The position numbers and the translations under genes were made by a program. Source: Eledone cirrhosa (Eukaryota). Taken from it: a stretch of DNA of 64,000 bases. Of this stretch, positions 28,370 to 43,544 are shown piece after piece; position 1 is the stretch's first letter, and each line of letters opens with the position of its first letter. The notes under the pieces are model-generated. The model was not told the DNA's origin. It saw only the letters and a list, made by a program, of their open reading frames with translations, and did no database searches. The stretch is taken from contig OZ024743.1 of assembly GCA_964016885.1 (NCBI GenBank), positions 60,450,001 to 60,514,000 on the forward strand. Direction: 5' to 3'.

Positions 28370-29160
28370 CCAGCGATGTTTTCCTTAGCCGTTCTGACTT
28401 CAGGTTCATAGTCTCAGAGTTGCGATCTCAGGATTCGAAGAAATAGCAGTTCTACATGGAGCGGCGCCCTGGTCTCTGAGCTACGCACCGTATAAAGTAA
28501 TGTTGCTCTAAATACCCAGCTTCAGCAATTCTTGCATTTATTTCAATCACTGATTTCTATCACCCGGGAAAATGGGTCCCGAGATACTTGAACTTCTCCA
28601 GCAGCTTCAGTATAACCATAATCATATGCAGAATATATGACAAGAGTTTTAAATACCGCCTCATAACAGCCTAGCTTTCACAGTTCTGGGAAAATTAATA
28701 AATCGGTGACTGTCATGAATAAGATCCCACAAACTTGAAGCATAGTCAAATTCAATAAAATGAAACATACCAGATTGTTCTTTGTGCGGAGCAACAAGGG
28801 AGGTAATTATCTCTTATGTAAAGGTGCTGTTTGAAAAATATATTACAGTTTCCATCTACCACCACAAGAATGGCCGATACGCATGCGACCTGTCCTGTGA
28901 GGCGTGGGATGGACACAAATGTTGTGTATCACGTCATACAAAGAGGGTCCATAACGTTACAACTTTGATAGGTAAAGACTATCAACAAGTAGAAGAGACC
29001 AGATGTTATCGGCTAGATATAGTTGAGGTTTCCTCAACAAAACTCCGTGGATCTTGCACTGTAGATTTGGATAGAGGATGGAAACTCCCTATGCATGTGT
29101 GGTGCTAGAAACGACTGCATGAGTGGCGATACTCACAAGTCTCCCGTTCTCGGGATTTGT
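28370..29160. mobile_element. RTE-clade (Expander/Rex3-like) LINE fragments in opposite orientations
   Basis: Plus strand 28940-29160 reads HNVTTLIGKDYQQVEETRCYRLDIVEVSSTKLRGSCTVDLDRGWKL (endonuclease). Minus strand at ~28580-28600 reads LEKFKYLG (RT). Confidence 0.65.
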
Positions 29161-29551
29161 TATGGATGGATTCAAGTATATATATATATATATATATATA
29201 AATAACGAAGGAAATGTGGTAAAGAACCAGATGGATCATAACGCAACAGAGTACTCAATACTTAGGGTAGTAAAGTGGGTAATAGGAAAAGGTTTAACCC
29301 TGACGGCAGAGCTCAAGCGGTTTCGACGGCTATTTCTGGACCAGAAATAGCCAGAAATAGCCGTCGATCAGAGCAAAAATCACGAGCACTCTGTCTCAAA
29401 ATTATTTTTGAAAAGCATAAGAAATGCGCAACCGGTAAAAACTCAAAACTAAAACTGAATACTAACTAATACTTATTACTAATTTATACTTATTCCTAAT
29501 TAAACTATTTTTCACTCGGAAAAGTTTGTCAGTATTTTCTTTTCCTTTTTA

Positions 29552-29604
<53 letters not shown>

Positions 29605-29733
29605 AAAAGGTAAACAGAAATAACAATACAATCGGTGCAGTATATGGAAGGAATATATTAGGTTAATGCTTGAAATATCAGGAAGAAAGAATGAGAAATT
29701 CGATAGATTGAAGGGACGAGAGGGGTGGAATTG

Positions 29734-29769
<36 letters not shown>

Positions 29770-32466
29770 ACATAGTCCAGAAATAGCCGTCGAAACGGCT
29801 TGAGCTCTGCCGTCGGGGTCATACTTTTTCCTATAAACATATATATATATATGAGTACCAATGTGTGTTGTAGCTTGTGTATGTGTGTACATATGTTTGG
29901 ATCTGTATTTATACGCATCTAACCTACATTCGCCTACACTTATGCACTTATGCACATACACACACATTTACATATGACCACTTATTCATAAATGTTTTCA
30001 GCCATACTGAGACAGCCATCTCCAAATCTTGTACAACTTTCAATTGTCTCGCAGGTGAATTCTCAGTAAATTCCCGCCGGAAATAGACTATTTCTCCTGA
30101 TATCACCTTCTGAACAGAAAATAATTAGCTGCAAACAATAGAGATAATTATAAACAGAAAAAAAAATAACATTACATAATCAACTAGCTATTTTCTGACT
30201 AATTATTTAATATCTAAGAGTGAAATTTAATTTGAAAATTCACTTCCGATTGATCAACTCTTCTTCAGAATATGAGACTAAGAAATGCCTGCGGTCACGT
30301 AGATATTCAGCAAGTTTTCTACTCACCAACGTCTCGTTTGGAAACTTTTATAAATATAGCATACAATAATTATAATATGACAGGAATTTGGTAAATGTTG
30401 TGAAAAGTGGTTAGGGCGTCGCATTAAAATGTCTTTGTGTATTTGGTCTGGAACTAATGTCTTGAATTCAAAGCCATATGCACTCTCCAGATTGTAACCT
30501 GTAGACTTGCTGTCACTATTCTTTCCTCAACAGATGTGCTGTCTTTTCCTTGTGTCTCTTCTCGCCCTACTACAATGGTCTTTGCTTCTAGGGATATACT
30601 ACTCATGATACTTCCCCTCAGACACTTGCGACTCATTCCCAATGATGTGTCAAAACTTAACCCCATATTTCTTACTAACCAATACACTCTATATTTCCTT
30701 CACAGAATGTGGGCCCTACGGAAATCCAACTCTGGGAAGCCTTTCCAAGAAGAATGTAGAACTTGCAATATATTAAGTGAAACATTGACATACAAATAAA
30801 AGATGATTAAGCGCTTCCAGTTATGACAATGTTGTTAATATGGTGGCTGTGAATCCATGCAATTAGTTAGACTTAAGGACAAACTGGTGGTGGTGAAGTA
30901 TTCTTCTTATTTAAAACGACGGACAAAAATGGTAACAGTTAATTATCGTTGCTAGATAAAAGGGCGACACAATGCGCTGCATTGTCAATAAAGTCAATAA
31001 AGACAGGAAGTGGGGGACATTAGCAGAATTGTTAGGACGTTTGATAAAATGCCATTGCGGTATATGTTTTGGCTATTTACATTTTTTCATGTTTAATTTT
31101 GCTTTTTGTTCTTCCGGGATTGATGAAATAAAATACCAAGTACAGCGGTTGATATATCACATTTTGTTCTCAGTAATTGAAGGCTTCTTGTGGTGTCCGA
31201 GTTTCGATCCCATCCCAGTCAACTTTGATATATATAATTTTATTGTCGATAAAATAAAAGTCCAGTCATGCGCTTCGGTCAGCATAAATTGTCCATAAGA
31301 GGATATGGTTTTGTCTATCTTAGAAATCAAGTTACCTGGCTTTACGTTCAGAGTTCCAACTATGACAACATTAAATTTGCCGTTTCTTTTCTGAAGTCGA
31401 TACAGTCAAATGCAGGGTCAAAGGCGGTTTTGGGTTTAATCTGTCTCCGTATCAACACAGGCAAACAACTTCTACCATAATTTCATTTCTTGCCGACAAA
31501 TGGCTTGAATGCGAAATTTGATGTGTGACAATCTGTTTGAAATCCCAACCAGAGTGACATTCCTGTTCGTGAGTTAAATCATTACCCAGTTTACCACACA
31601 TCTTAATTGCATTTAGCAGATTCCAGACTGTTACAAACATTCGGAGCAGGCCTCCGGTTTGAAAACACCTTACTCCTTTCCTTAGACCAGACTCAGAAGC
31701 TCTAAATAAATCTTAATATTTTTAGATCATTATCATCCCTTTTTTTTTTAAAAGAAATTTATCGCGACAACTCCACTTCAACCACATTTAGTAAAATAAA
31801 TTGGTTGTATTCTTATATTAGTATGATGGAATATTTCGGCACGGTTATAGGAAACTTTTCATTTATGAATTTGTTGTTAATTGTAAAATCACTAAGTTTC
31901 ATTTTTTGCAATATTCAGGAAATAGTTATCTGAATACTAGAATATAAAAAGTAAGAAAAGATTCTCAATTTCAGCCGAGACCCCACATACACTTTGGGAC
32001 GGACTGCGTTAAGCATATAAAAGAAACTCTCCCCTTCTACTTAGTTCGTAAAGAAATAAGTGTTAGTTTTAATCTAATGAAAGCACTTAATTTTCTTAAT
32101 GTTTGGCCACGACCCTAAAATAGAAATCCTAATTAGATTCTAATAAACAGAGGTTACAGAGTTAACATAAGTTTATTAGATATTGTTTGTATAAAGCCAT
32201 GAATTAGATGTCTCGCTATTTGATTACAATCCCAAAGTTCTAACCGCTCGGCCAATATATATAGGGAGTACGTGGCTCTGATGAACGCCAACCAGCGGGA
32301 AACTCTGCTTCGTAGTATCGAGACATATCTGGGGATCTTACGATTTCAGAGTCAGGTTTGATCATTGCATGAGTCGTGCCTCGAGCTGGTCGCCAGAGAA
32401 ATATGTCTAATAAATCTGATTCTCCGTTTCTTATGATATATATATATTTATTTATATATATATACA

Positions 32467-32613
<147 letters not shown>

Positions 32614-32645
32614 GTGTGTGTGTGCGCGTGCGTGTGCGTGTGCGT

Positions 32646-32699
<54 letters not shown>

Positions 32700-32724
32700 A
32701 TACATACATATATATATATATATT

Positions 32725-32880
32725 ATACGCTGGCAGACCTCCTTGTGATAGTGAAAGGACAGAAGCTTGCCTGTTATGGTCATATATCCAACTACAACTC
32801 CTTGTCTAAAACCATCCTTCAGGATACAGTCGAGCGAGTGGGAAGAAAAAGTAGACAAAGAAAATCCTGGTCCGTTTATT
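32725..32880 (+). mobile_element. RTE-type LINE 3' fragment
   Basis: DLLVIVKGQKLACYGHI...LSKTILQDTVERVGRKSRQRKSW. Confidence 0.7.
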
Positions 32881-33099
32881 TCTCTCGATGTCGTTTTCTT
32901 AACTCGTAAAAAACTCTCGGTAAAACAGTAATTTTATTGTTTATAAACCAGTTTCAAAATATGGTAAAGTAAAAATGTACACATATGAATATTGCCGATA
33001 TCTGAATTTCTGGAAAAAATACCTGTATTCTCTGAACATTTCTGGCTACACATGGATCAGCTTAGCCATATTTTCACAGATGAGATGAAAGAAGCCAAA

Positions 33100-35655
33100 A
33101 AAGAATAGACTACGAGCCGTAAAGGCCCCACAGAAACCTAGAATTATCTGAAAGCCGCTGAGAGGGAGATAGCATGCGCTGCAGACAACATCAGTGAGAA
33201 CGATAAAAAAGAAGACGAAGCACTGGAATGCAGCAATGGTAAATTAAAGAACCACCAGGCGGACCCCAATAAGAAAAAAAAAACGCAAATAAACAGACAG
33301 GAGAGGACCAGTTGATAAATACTAAGGTGAAGAAGACTAAGAAAAATAGAGACCCTGGGAAAAAGAGAGTCCAAGTACGTTATAGGTACTACAAGAAAGG
33401 GACCTGCTGCTATGGGGAAGCTGGGACACACTGAGGTTTTGCACACACCAGAATCTATGTAAGGTGCGCACAACCTGATCATGCCAAGTACCCAAGCCAA
33501 AACCAACATGGGCAAATAACATAGCATACAGGTCACTGCCCAGGAAATATGCTGAGGTTGCACGTACTGCCCCGATGAAGAGGTGGCAGTATGCGGAAGT
33601 AGTTCAGACTGTAGCTGCAGAACAACAGTCTTTTTTTTTAATAGTGGGAAAGATTGTGAGACAGCTGATTTGGCTTCATTAAATACAAATTCAAAGTCAG
33701 TCACATCAACACTCGCAACCACCACAAATAAAGGACTCAGGGAGGCCGCCACTAATACCCACGCAAATGTCATATCAGCAGCCCCCACTGACACCCCAAA
33801 TTTCACACCAGAGATACTACTAAATGTCAGAAGCCTGGTAAAACTGATCAACATGTGTAAGGTCCCCTACTAAAGTGTCCGAAACACAAGTAAAAAAGCA
33901 ATATGCATAGAACAAACTGAAACTCGCCTGACAGCTAGCATAACAGATGCGGAAATACACATACCAATGTATGTTGTTTCCGTACCGACAGGAGGGAAAG
34001 ATCTCATGGTGAATTTGCTTTCTTCACACGTGAAAATATCACATCATTAGTACTTTTGTCGCATTCCAACTCGATCTGTGCCACATTAATAGTACACGAG
34101 AAGCAACTCAAAATGTTAATATACGTCAAATATTGACCACCAGATACATCCAGACATGAGGAAAGTTTGAAGATAGGCTTAGAAGGATTGATACAGTGCA
34201 GACCAATTTGGATCAGAGTCTCAACATCCTAATGCAGGAAGATTTCATCCTCTCCTAGGTCAAATGGCTCGAAGGCCAGCCCTTCTCATGAATGACGGTA
34301 CCTGAATGAAGGCAGACAAAATCCTTGTTGGACCTTACAAACAGACTCTTCATGGAACAAATGGTACTCCACCCAAAAAGAGGTGAGAATACCCTGGATC
34401 TCTGCTTCAAAATAACACGGAGCTCATCCACAATGTTAAAGTAACACCGATGGACCATGACATAGTAGAACTGGGAATGTATAGTCAGAGGAAGACTGTA
34501 GGAGGAAGCAATCGGTCTCTATGCAGCTTAAACTTCCACAAAGCTAATTGGAAAATTCACGGAGAGCTATTGAAGCCAGAGTGGACCGACCGTTTCTCTA
34601 TGTAAGATGTTATCATACAACTTGAGCAATTCATGGAAATAATGCAGCCCATATGCTTCACGTTTTCCACGGAAATAAAGGCCAACAGGCACAATAATAT
34701 TATTCCCAGAGACAGGAAATGAGACCAAATTCGGCAGCTAACTCTGATGTTTTCCCAGCATTCCTCCTAAAAACATGCAAGCGAACATTAGCAAAATAAA
34801 CACTGCAGATCATATTCCAAAGATCTCTTGCAAGTGGTAAACTACACGGAAAACTGAAAGGAGGCATATGTCCTGTCCATAAAGGAGGAAGCAGAGCCTA
34901 TACTAAAACTAGAAACTTGTCACCCTCTCCTCACGTATCAACAAAATCATAGAACGAATCATCAGAAGGAAACTGATCACTTTTCTAGAAGAAAATGATC
35001 TAATTGACACTCAGCATAGCTTTCACCCGGGTGGAAATTGTCTTACGCAGCTCTTAGTGCATTATGACTGGATACTCAAGCAGCTGCTAGGCCGTGCGAC
35101 CATCGATGTGATATATCTCGAATTTGCAAAGGGTTTCGACAAGGTTGATCATGGAATGATATGTCACAAACTACGTAGCTTTGGCATAGCTGGAAAACTA
35201 GGTGAAGGACTTCCTGATTTCTTAAAAGACAGAAGCCAGAATGGTGCAGCTCCTGGGAGGCTTAGCACAAACTTTCGGCATTGAAGGCAGGATCAGCCTA
35301 CGAACAGGACGCCACTGTGCAATGCCAAAGGTCCCATCCATCACATCGAAAATAAGAACGACATACTGCAATAGCATAGGGTTCAAGGGACCCCAGCTTT
35401 TTAATAAGCTGTCAAAAAATGTGAGAGATCTACATTGTGCGTATGTAGATGTTTTCAAGAGACAGCTCGACATCCTTCTGACCAAGATCCCGAACGAACC
35501 GACAGCACGATGCAAACACAAATAGAAGTTGCAGCAACAAACACCATTTTGCACGAATGGCCAACCAGAGACGGCTGGCTATAGAAAATGTAGCATCAGT
35601 GGCTGTGCTTCTGCATGGCCTCGTCCCATCGGCTGGAAGACATAATAAAGTAATA
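33100..35655 (+). mobile_element. decayed CR1-group LINE (CCCH-like ORF1 remnant, APE endonuclease, internally deleted RT)
   Basis: RYYKKGTCCYG at ~33385; LLNVRSLV...TDAEIHIP; PVHKGGSR; CLTQLLVHYDWIL...DVIYLEFAKGFDKVDHG; then KGPQLFNKL...VDVFKRQLDILLTKIPNEP. Confidence 0.85.
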
Positions 35656-35894
35656 TATATCTATGCCACGGTTTTCCGGTGTTTCCATGTATCTGATATC
35701 ACTTGCAAGGTAATGTTTAACCTGATAGTATGTTATGTGCAAGACAATACGGAGAAGCTGGGGTTTACAAATGAGAATATTCCAAATAGATGTTCTATAA
35801 AAAGTAACACCTTTACTCTAAATGTTGCCATAACTTTTCTTTATGTTCTTTTTATCGATGTTCCTTAGAAAATAGTTTCTTTATCTCTGCTAAA

Positions 35895-35992
35895 CTTCTA
35901 CTACTGCTGCTGCCACCGCTGCTGTTGCTGCTGCTGCTCCTGCTGCTACTACTACTATACTACTACTAATACTACTATTGATGCTGCTCCTG

Positions 35993-36030
<38 letters not shown>

Positions 36031-36062
36031 GCTGCTGCTCTTGCTGCTCTTGCTGCTACTAT

Positions 36063-36127
<65 letters not shown>

Positions 36128-36142
36128 TTGCTGCTGCTAGTT
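35895..36142. repeat. (CTA)n/(CTG)n triplet microsatellite; a compound triplet tract is also at 42710-42995
   Basis: Directly visible. Confidence 0.95.
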
Positions 36143-37224
36143 AGTATGTAAAAGTCGGCACTACCGTTGCTCACTATCATGCAAGGGAGGCTACTTTTTC
36201 ATGTTTGACATAAACTGTGATAGCATCTTCTAAGGTATGTAACTCTGCAATAATCATTAATTTCACTGAACCAAAAACAATTTTATATTACTGCTCATCT
36301 GGTTTGTTTGCACGAGACTGATTGATCACAGTTGACCTGGAAAAATGATTGAAAATACCATCAAATATCACTCAGTACACCGTGTTGGGAACAGAGAGTT
36401 TGAAAGAAGCAGAGAAATGAAAAGAGTACCAGGAGGACTGTCGAGTCGCAAATAATAAGCGAGAGATGGGGTGGAAATCGGTAACTTTTCAAGGTTGTCC
36501 TCCAATGAGTTTTTAAAAAACAGAATTAGCCGTTTAGTTTAGATATTTATTGAATGTTTTGCAGCTTGTTCCCTTAGTAAATCATATAAAACTTGATTAG
36601 CTAAATTTAATAAGATTATTCGAGATCCGAGAGTTAGTGGATGACTGCTGCAAGAACGGTAGTAGGAATGGTTGAAGGCCAGTGGAGGTTGGCCGTCGAG
36701 GTTTGGCAGCTCGTTCCCTTAGTAAATCATAGCATTACGAAAGCAAGCTGGAGGAGAGCTAAATAAAACAACGTGGAAGTATGAGAGGTATCATCAAGAT
36801 AGTTATAGCAGTGGCTAAAGGGAAATAACCGGTGATGTTAGTAATATGTTACTTGGACACTAGATGAGACTTGATCAACATCGATTCAGTCACCTGGATG
36901 AGGGTGGGTGCTGTACACTAAACACCCAGTGACTCTAGTAGACATCACATTGGTTCCCGTACGTAAATTAGCGGCTGAAAAATGTGATCAAAGAAATAAG
37001 TTACAGACCTAAAAAATAAAAAAATTAACTTGGCTCAATATGTTTAACTACATCCTTTCAAGGTGATGTCTCAGGGTGGCTACAGACTGATGATTGGAAC
37101 CAACAATAGATCAAAGGAATAAAAATAAAAACTTCGAAATGAAAATTTAAGACTAGATTCCTAAAGAGGATAAATTATCCAACATTCCAGAGATTTCTCT
37201 AGGCGAGGCCTTACGCCAAAATAA

Positions 37225-37832
37225 TTGTGTCTACTTTGGGCACAAGGCCAGCAAATTACAGGTAAGGGGCAAGTCGATTAAGTCGAGCCTTGTGTGTTAC
37301 TTGTTCTTAATTTTATCGACCTTGTAAAGATGAAAGACAAAGCTAAATTCGTAGGGATTAGAGCTCAGAATGTAAAAGGCTTTAAGTATATGCCGCAAAG
37401 TATATTGTCCGATACTCTACTGATACAGTCAATCCGACACTCTACTACCATAAATAATTGTTTCTACTTTTGGCACAAGGCCAGAAATTACCCAGTGCAT
37501 TACTGGTACTTTATGTTTTCAACCCCGTAAGGATGAAAGGCAAAGTTAACCTCGACGGGATTTGAACTCAGACGGTAAAGGGACATAACTATACTGAAAA
37601 GCATGGCGTCCGACCCTCAACCGATACTGCCAATTCATACCATATATAATTGTTTCTACTTTAGGCACAAGGCCAGCAATTACCCAGTGCATTACTGGTA
37701 CTTTATTTTATCGACCCCGTAAGGATGAAAGGCAAAGTCAACCTCGGCGGGATTTGAACTCAGATCGTAAAGGGACGTAACTATGGTGGAAAGCATGGCG
37801 TCCGACCCTCCACCGATACTGCCAATCCACCA
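37225..37832 (-). mobile_element. three head-to-tail SINE family A copies
   Basis: Units at ~37225-37445, 37453-37645 and 37646-37832, each with GGCACAAGGCCAG...AGGATGAAAGGCAAAG-like sequence. Confidence 0.85.
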
Positions 37833-37940
37833 CTCAATCGCCTCTATGAAATTTTCAGCCAGGACCCACAAGGCAAACCTAATCTGTACCTGAGTAACAT
37901 TCTAGTTATGAGTAAATATTAGTGTTATGTGTGAGTGTGA

Positions 37941-38059
<119 letters not shown>

Positions 38060-38508
38060 CGCGTGCGTGCGTGTTTGCGCGCGCGTATGTGCGTGTGGTG
38101 GGGGGATTACGTTTATAATTTTTTATATGTATGTAAATTTAGCATTTCGACAAATAGCGATCAGCTTTACAGAACAGGGGAGACAACCATAAAGTAACTC
38201 TTAAAATATGATTCAGCGTTAACGGATAAAGTAAAACATTTTGGCAGTTGTTCTTCGTGTCGACCCTAACACTGTGAGTGAAATTTGGTGTACAGAAACT
38301 ACTTGAGCCAGTCTAATATATTGTGGCCGCCATTCCATTTTACAATTACGTTAAGTGTATACGCAGATGGAAAATACTCAACCACTTAAACGATAGTAAT
38401 GCACTGGGTAATTGCTGGCCTTGTGCCAAAAGTAGAAACAATTATTTGGGGAGGTAGTCATATTAACCGAACTGAATAACTGGAACACTCGTCTTTGAAA
38501 CAGATATG

Positions 38509-38546
<38 letters not shown>

Positions 38547-38945
38547 CATACACACAAACGCATATATACATATATATCCGTGTATATATATACATACACA
38601 CACTCACATGTACACTAATATAAATGTGTGTATCAGTGTGAATGTGTGTGTATGTATATATGTTTGTAGGTATGTATGTATATATTATGTAAGTATGTAA
38701 GGATACATGCGTGTGTGTATATATATATGGTCGACATAATATTTCAGATAAGGAAAAGCTCACAACACTATTAAATTCACTTTCGATTTATCATTAATTA
38801 CTTGATAAACACTTTTCGTCGCACTGTCATCGTGCGGGTCACTGACAGTTACTCTAAGACTATTCCATAAATGTGTGTGTATGTATGTGTTTGTGTGTGT
38901 TTGTGCAATTACTTTAGAGGCTGTCCAATTTTTTGTATTGAACCG

Positions 38946-39170
38946 TGTGGAGGCGCGTGGTTTAGAGGTAAGGGTCTTAGGTTTATGATCATAATGTCGT
39001 GGGTTGTGTTGTGTTCTTGAGGAAGACACGTTGCTTGAACATAATAAGCCGAAAATTAGTACGAACAATAGATGAGAGATTAACCTTGTGATGTCCATGG
39101 GGGAGTTTGTAGTATCAGTCACTTCATACCACGAAACCGGGATAATCACCGTCGTGGCGAGCATTTTGGT
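38946..39170 (+). mobile_element. degenerate V-domain-like SINE
   Basis: tRNA-like head GGAGGCGCGTGGTTTAGAGGTAAGGG followed by TGTGTTCTTGAGGAAGACAC. Confidence 0.5.
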
Positions 39171-39637
39171 TTGCGACGAACTTTAGACTAGGTCTGAAGA
39201 AAAGGTCCGTGTCTTTGACCATCACAGTTTCCATATGACCCTATGAAAGATAGATATACTGTTAAATTTCTTCTTAAACATCGATAGATGCAGGAAAATC
39301 ATAAGAAAGGATTTTTAGATGGCTGGCGTTTTGTTGAAGAAAGACTTGGCACATTGGTTAGAGCAAACTCTCGTGTATTGGACTGCAGTAGCCAAAGAAA
39401 AGACAGAAGAAGGGAGAGATCACATCTATGAACCAGAATTCGGAGTGTTTTATTGGCGAGAGTCTTCATGTCAGTAAGTTGGGTTTTGTAGGATACAATT
39501 TGTGTTATTTGTATGTGTAGCGGCAACACCATCTCAGCATTCCATTGGGATCTGACCTACGTGTTGTAGAATGCCTGTGTTGTTTGCTTCCCTGTATATT
39601 TGTCCTCCGTCGCTCCTGACGATGAGATTGAGAGTTG

Positions 39638-39868
39638 CAGACCTGTCAACTCTCTCCATCCGACTGAGAGATGTGTGCTATAATTTTGAGAGCTGATCGT
39701 ACAAAATATGTACTGTTGTGTAAGTCGTGTTATTGTATTTTAAGCCAGACCTGTCACCTGTCCCCGTCCAACGGGTAGATCTCCCACTCACTATAGCTTT
39801 CATTATGTAAAATCTCCCAATTTTGCCTCATTTCTCCCCGTTTGGGTGTTTAGAGGTTGGCAGGTCTG
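39638..39868. mobile_element. MITE with 13-bp TIRs and 6-bp TSD, inserted in SINE family B (39610-40128)
   Basis: CAGACCTGTCAAC...GTTGGCAGGTCTG, flanked by GAGTTG on both sides. Confidence 0.85.
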
Positions 39869-40493
39869 GAGTTGTGCAAACAATGGAACAGTCTGCGTCT
39901 GAAATCAATTTGCAAGTGGCTAAGCATTCCGCTGACACGTACATCCTTAAATAAACTCTCAAGTTCATTCAGCATGACATACAATGTGATAATGGTGACC
40001 CTTTGATTTACAAGTACAAATCATTTTTGCCGACTAAGTTACCCGAGGCAATGTAAAATAAAGTGTCATGCACGGCCTAGAATCGAAATTCAAACCCTGA
40101 GCTGAACACCCTAACCACTACGCCAGGCTTATAAGAATTACTTTTCTTGATATTCCAATTGACTGCGTACATAGCAATACGACTGTTTGATCAGGTTCAC
40201 GTGGTTAGCACAACAGCAGCAACAACTGAATGTGAGAAGTGGAACTATTATCTCTTAAACAACAACAAAAGTCTCACAAAGAAAATATTCAATGAATGCT
40301 TTGAATTCAATATGTATTTAGAACCATAAATAATTGCCAACTAACCAAATTGTATACACAATCAATTTCTCACCAAACTACATCAAATGAGAAAGTGGCA
40401 ATTAAATAGAACATACGAGAACATCATAATTGAACAGAAGAAAGGAATATATATATATATATACGTACGTATGTATGTATATATATATATATT

Positions 40494-40614
<121 letters not shown>

Positions 40615-40673
40615 ATATGAATATATCTATTCATATATATATATATATATATGTATAGATATATTCCTATATT

Positions 40674-40775
<102 letters not shown>

Positions 40776-42111
40776 TTGTAGATGCGGTTGGCATTGTTTG
40801 GGGAAAACTGGTATAATGGAAGTTAGAAGTTTAAGAATGAAAACTAGATTAAAGTAATTAAAGTGAGAAAAACAAAACAAAATAACAGCTTATAATATTG
40901 CGGAATATTTAATTATATTACGGGCTTTTAGATAAATATGAACAATTTAAAGCAGTTTTGTATTGAGTTTGATATTAAAAGAGTAAAAGCTTTTCAACAG
41001 ACTTCAAAATTCAACAGTTAAAATCACTTACGCCACATACAACTACATATTTGATAATCGAATTATAACAAAATACTGGTATATTTGGTCTTCTGAAAGT
41101 ATATCTAGTCCAAAAGATGTAATCTTTTACTGTTGAACAGAAATATATACTGAAGAATGTATTAGCAACAAAAGAACACAACACCTTAACCCTTAAGCCA
41201 CAAGCTATCACATACGTGAAAAAATAGGATTTGATTAAAGAGATTCTATGTATTATAGATTAAGACGCAAAGACTCATTGTAAAAAGTAACGCTTTATAG
41301 GTTACGAATAAGAGCGGAATTATTGTCAGGGAAAGGACGACGATTAAATTGATTTCAGTGCTGGACTTTATTGTTTCGAACCTAAAAGTATGCAAAGCAA
41401 TTGTAACCGTGGCAGAAAACTCCTTGCACAAATCGAAGGACACTAAAAGCAATTAAAGACATACAAACATCTCTAACTGAATAAAAAAAAGATCAACTAC
41501 ATACTACAGGAATCCCAATAAGGCAAATGGTGTAGCTGAGCAGTTGAATATTCTACGTGATAACTTGGCCGAAACATTAAACAAATTAACAACCTCATTA
41601 AACTTAATAATAAATAAAAAAAGAAACAGAAGGAATGTAGCTGAGATTGTCAGATTGAACTCGTGAAACTATGCTTCGATTCGTCTTTCCATTGAGCTTA
41701 TTATCTGTCGCTCGGAAATTTTGTCAGAAACGTCACTGATTTTCCCGTGGCATGAGGCAGTATTTAACCTCAGAACACACAGAGCTGGAATATAGAGATA
41801 CGGCAAAGCAAAACGTCCGACTTGCTGAGATATAAACGAGGTCAACTTTACTTTTCATCTATTTAAGCTCGATAAAAAGTACCAGTTTAGTACTGGTGTT
41901 GATTCTTCCTATATATCTCCTCTCACTTCCATTCTCTTACTCTCTATTCTTCTCTAGAAGAAATCTGCTGTATTCAGACCTGGAGAGGAGATGGGCTCCG
42001 CTAGGATTAAAGATACCCTAGAAATGCCGTATATTAATACGGTGCCCCCACGGCTCCCCAGGAGTTACGGGATAATATCATACCATACCATATGGTAATA
42101 GTATTTTTTTA

Positions 42112-42549
42112 ATAATATAAACACAAGATTAGCAATTTGTGGGGAGGGACAATCGATTATATGGGCTACAGTACTTTACTGGTACTTTATTTTCATAACC
42201 CCAGAAGTATAAAAAGCAAAGTTGACCACAGAGGAATTTGAATGAGAACCAAGAGCAGAACCAGACCAAATACTGAAGCATCTAATCCTACGCTGTTACA
42301 TCTCTGACAATTCACCACCTAATACAGTCATAATGGTTTATTATATAGGCAAAAAGCCAGCAATTTGGGAGGAGGGGGAAGTCGATTAAATCGACCCCAG
42401 CGCTTGACTGGTACTTTATTTTATCGACCCCGTAAGGATGAAAGGCAAAGTTAACTTCGGCGGGATTTGAACTCAGGTCATAAAGGGCCGTAATTCTATG
42501 CTGCAAAGCATGGCGTCCGACACTCTACCAATGTTGCCAATCCACCGCC
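42112..42549 (-). mobile_element. two tandem SINE family A copies
   Basis: 42335-42549 is near full length and closely matches the reverse complement of 14559-14780; 42112-42320 is degenerate. Confidence 0.8.
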
Positions 42550-42735
42550 ATAATACAGCAATAATAAACAGCACCAATAAGAATAGAAGAAAAAATGTTT
42601 CTAATTAGAACTAACGAGCCAGATATAACAGAGATTGATAGATAATGTGACACGGAAGGGATGTCTTTGATTATAGGTTTGCTCGACAACAATAGGCTTG
42701 GGGCTGCTAAACTACTACTACTACTACTACTACTA

Positions 42736-42801
<66 letters not shown>

Positions 42802-42965
42802 ATGCTGATGCTGCTGCTGCTGCCGCTGCTACAACTGCTGCTGCTGCTACTACTGGTACGACAGCGATGTCACCAACGACGATGGCGACGAGGAAGAAGA
42901 AGAAGAAGAAGAAGAAACCTGATAGATAGAGAGATAGATAGGTAATACATAGTTGGATTGTGATT

Positions 42966-42996
<31 letters not shown>

Positions 42997-43305
42997 ATAT
43001 GAGACAGCAAGAAAAGATATATTTACCAAACAGCCATAAATTTGGAAAGTGGTGTTCGAATCTATTTACGAAGTAAGAGTTGTACAGTGTAATGTGTGCT
43101 TCAAATCATCTATTGGTGAATGTGAGAGGGGGAGGAGGAACTGAGGGAGGTAGAACCTGATGCGGTATTATTTATTGGTTTTAGAAGAATTTTCGGTGAG
43201 AAAACTCATTTTACACACTGATTTATTCCCATTTGTTAGGCGATAAAACTATTAATGTTTTGTTTTTAGTAATATGAATTTGTTTATCTCTGTCTCGCCA
43301 TCCTC

Positions 43306-43355
<50 letters not shown>

Positions 43356-43449
43356 TGGGTGTGTGGGTGTGGGTGTGTGTGTGTGTGTGCGCGTGTGTGT
43401 GTGCGTGTGTGTGTGTGTGTGTGTGCATGCATATAGTAGGTAGGTGTGT

Positions 43450-43494
<45 letters not shown>

Positions 43495-43544
43495 ATATCA
43501 TCATCATCGTTTTTACGTTTTACGTCCGCTTTACCATATATATA

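Noticed and set aside
32274-32322. CTGATGA-ACGC..GCGG-GAAA-CT...AG-TA hammerhead-like core
   Set aside because: No stem I pairing can be found, so it is not called.
33144-33854. 236-aa minus-strand ORF
   Set aside because: It is the antisense shadow of the decayed CR1-like ORF1 region.
37646-37832. tRNA genes suggested by A/B-box-like motifs
   Set aside because: These are SINE heads with no complete cloverleaf, always followed by the SINE core and tail.
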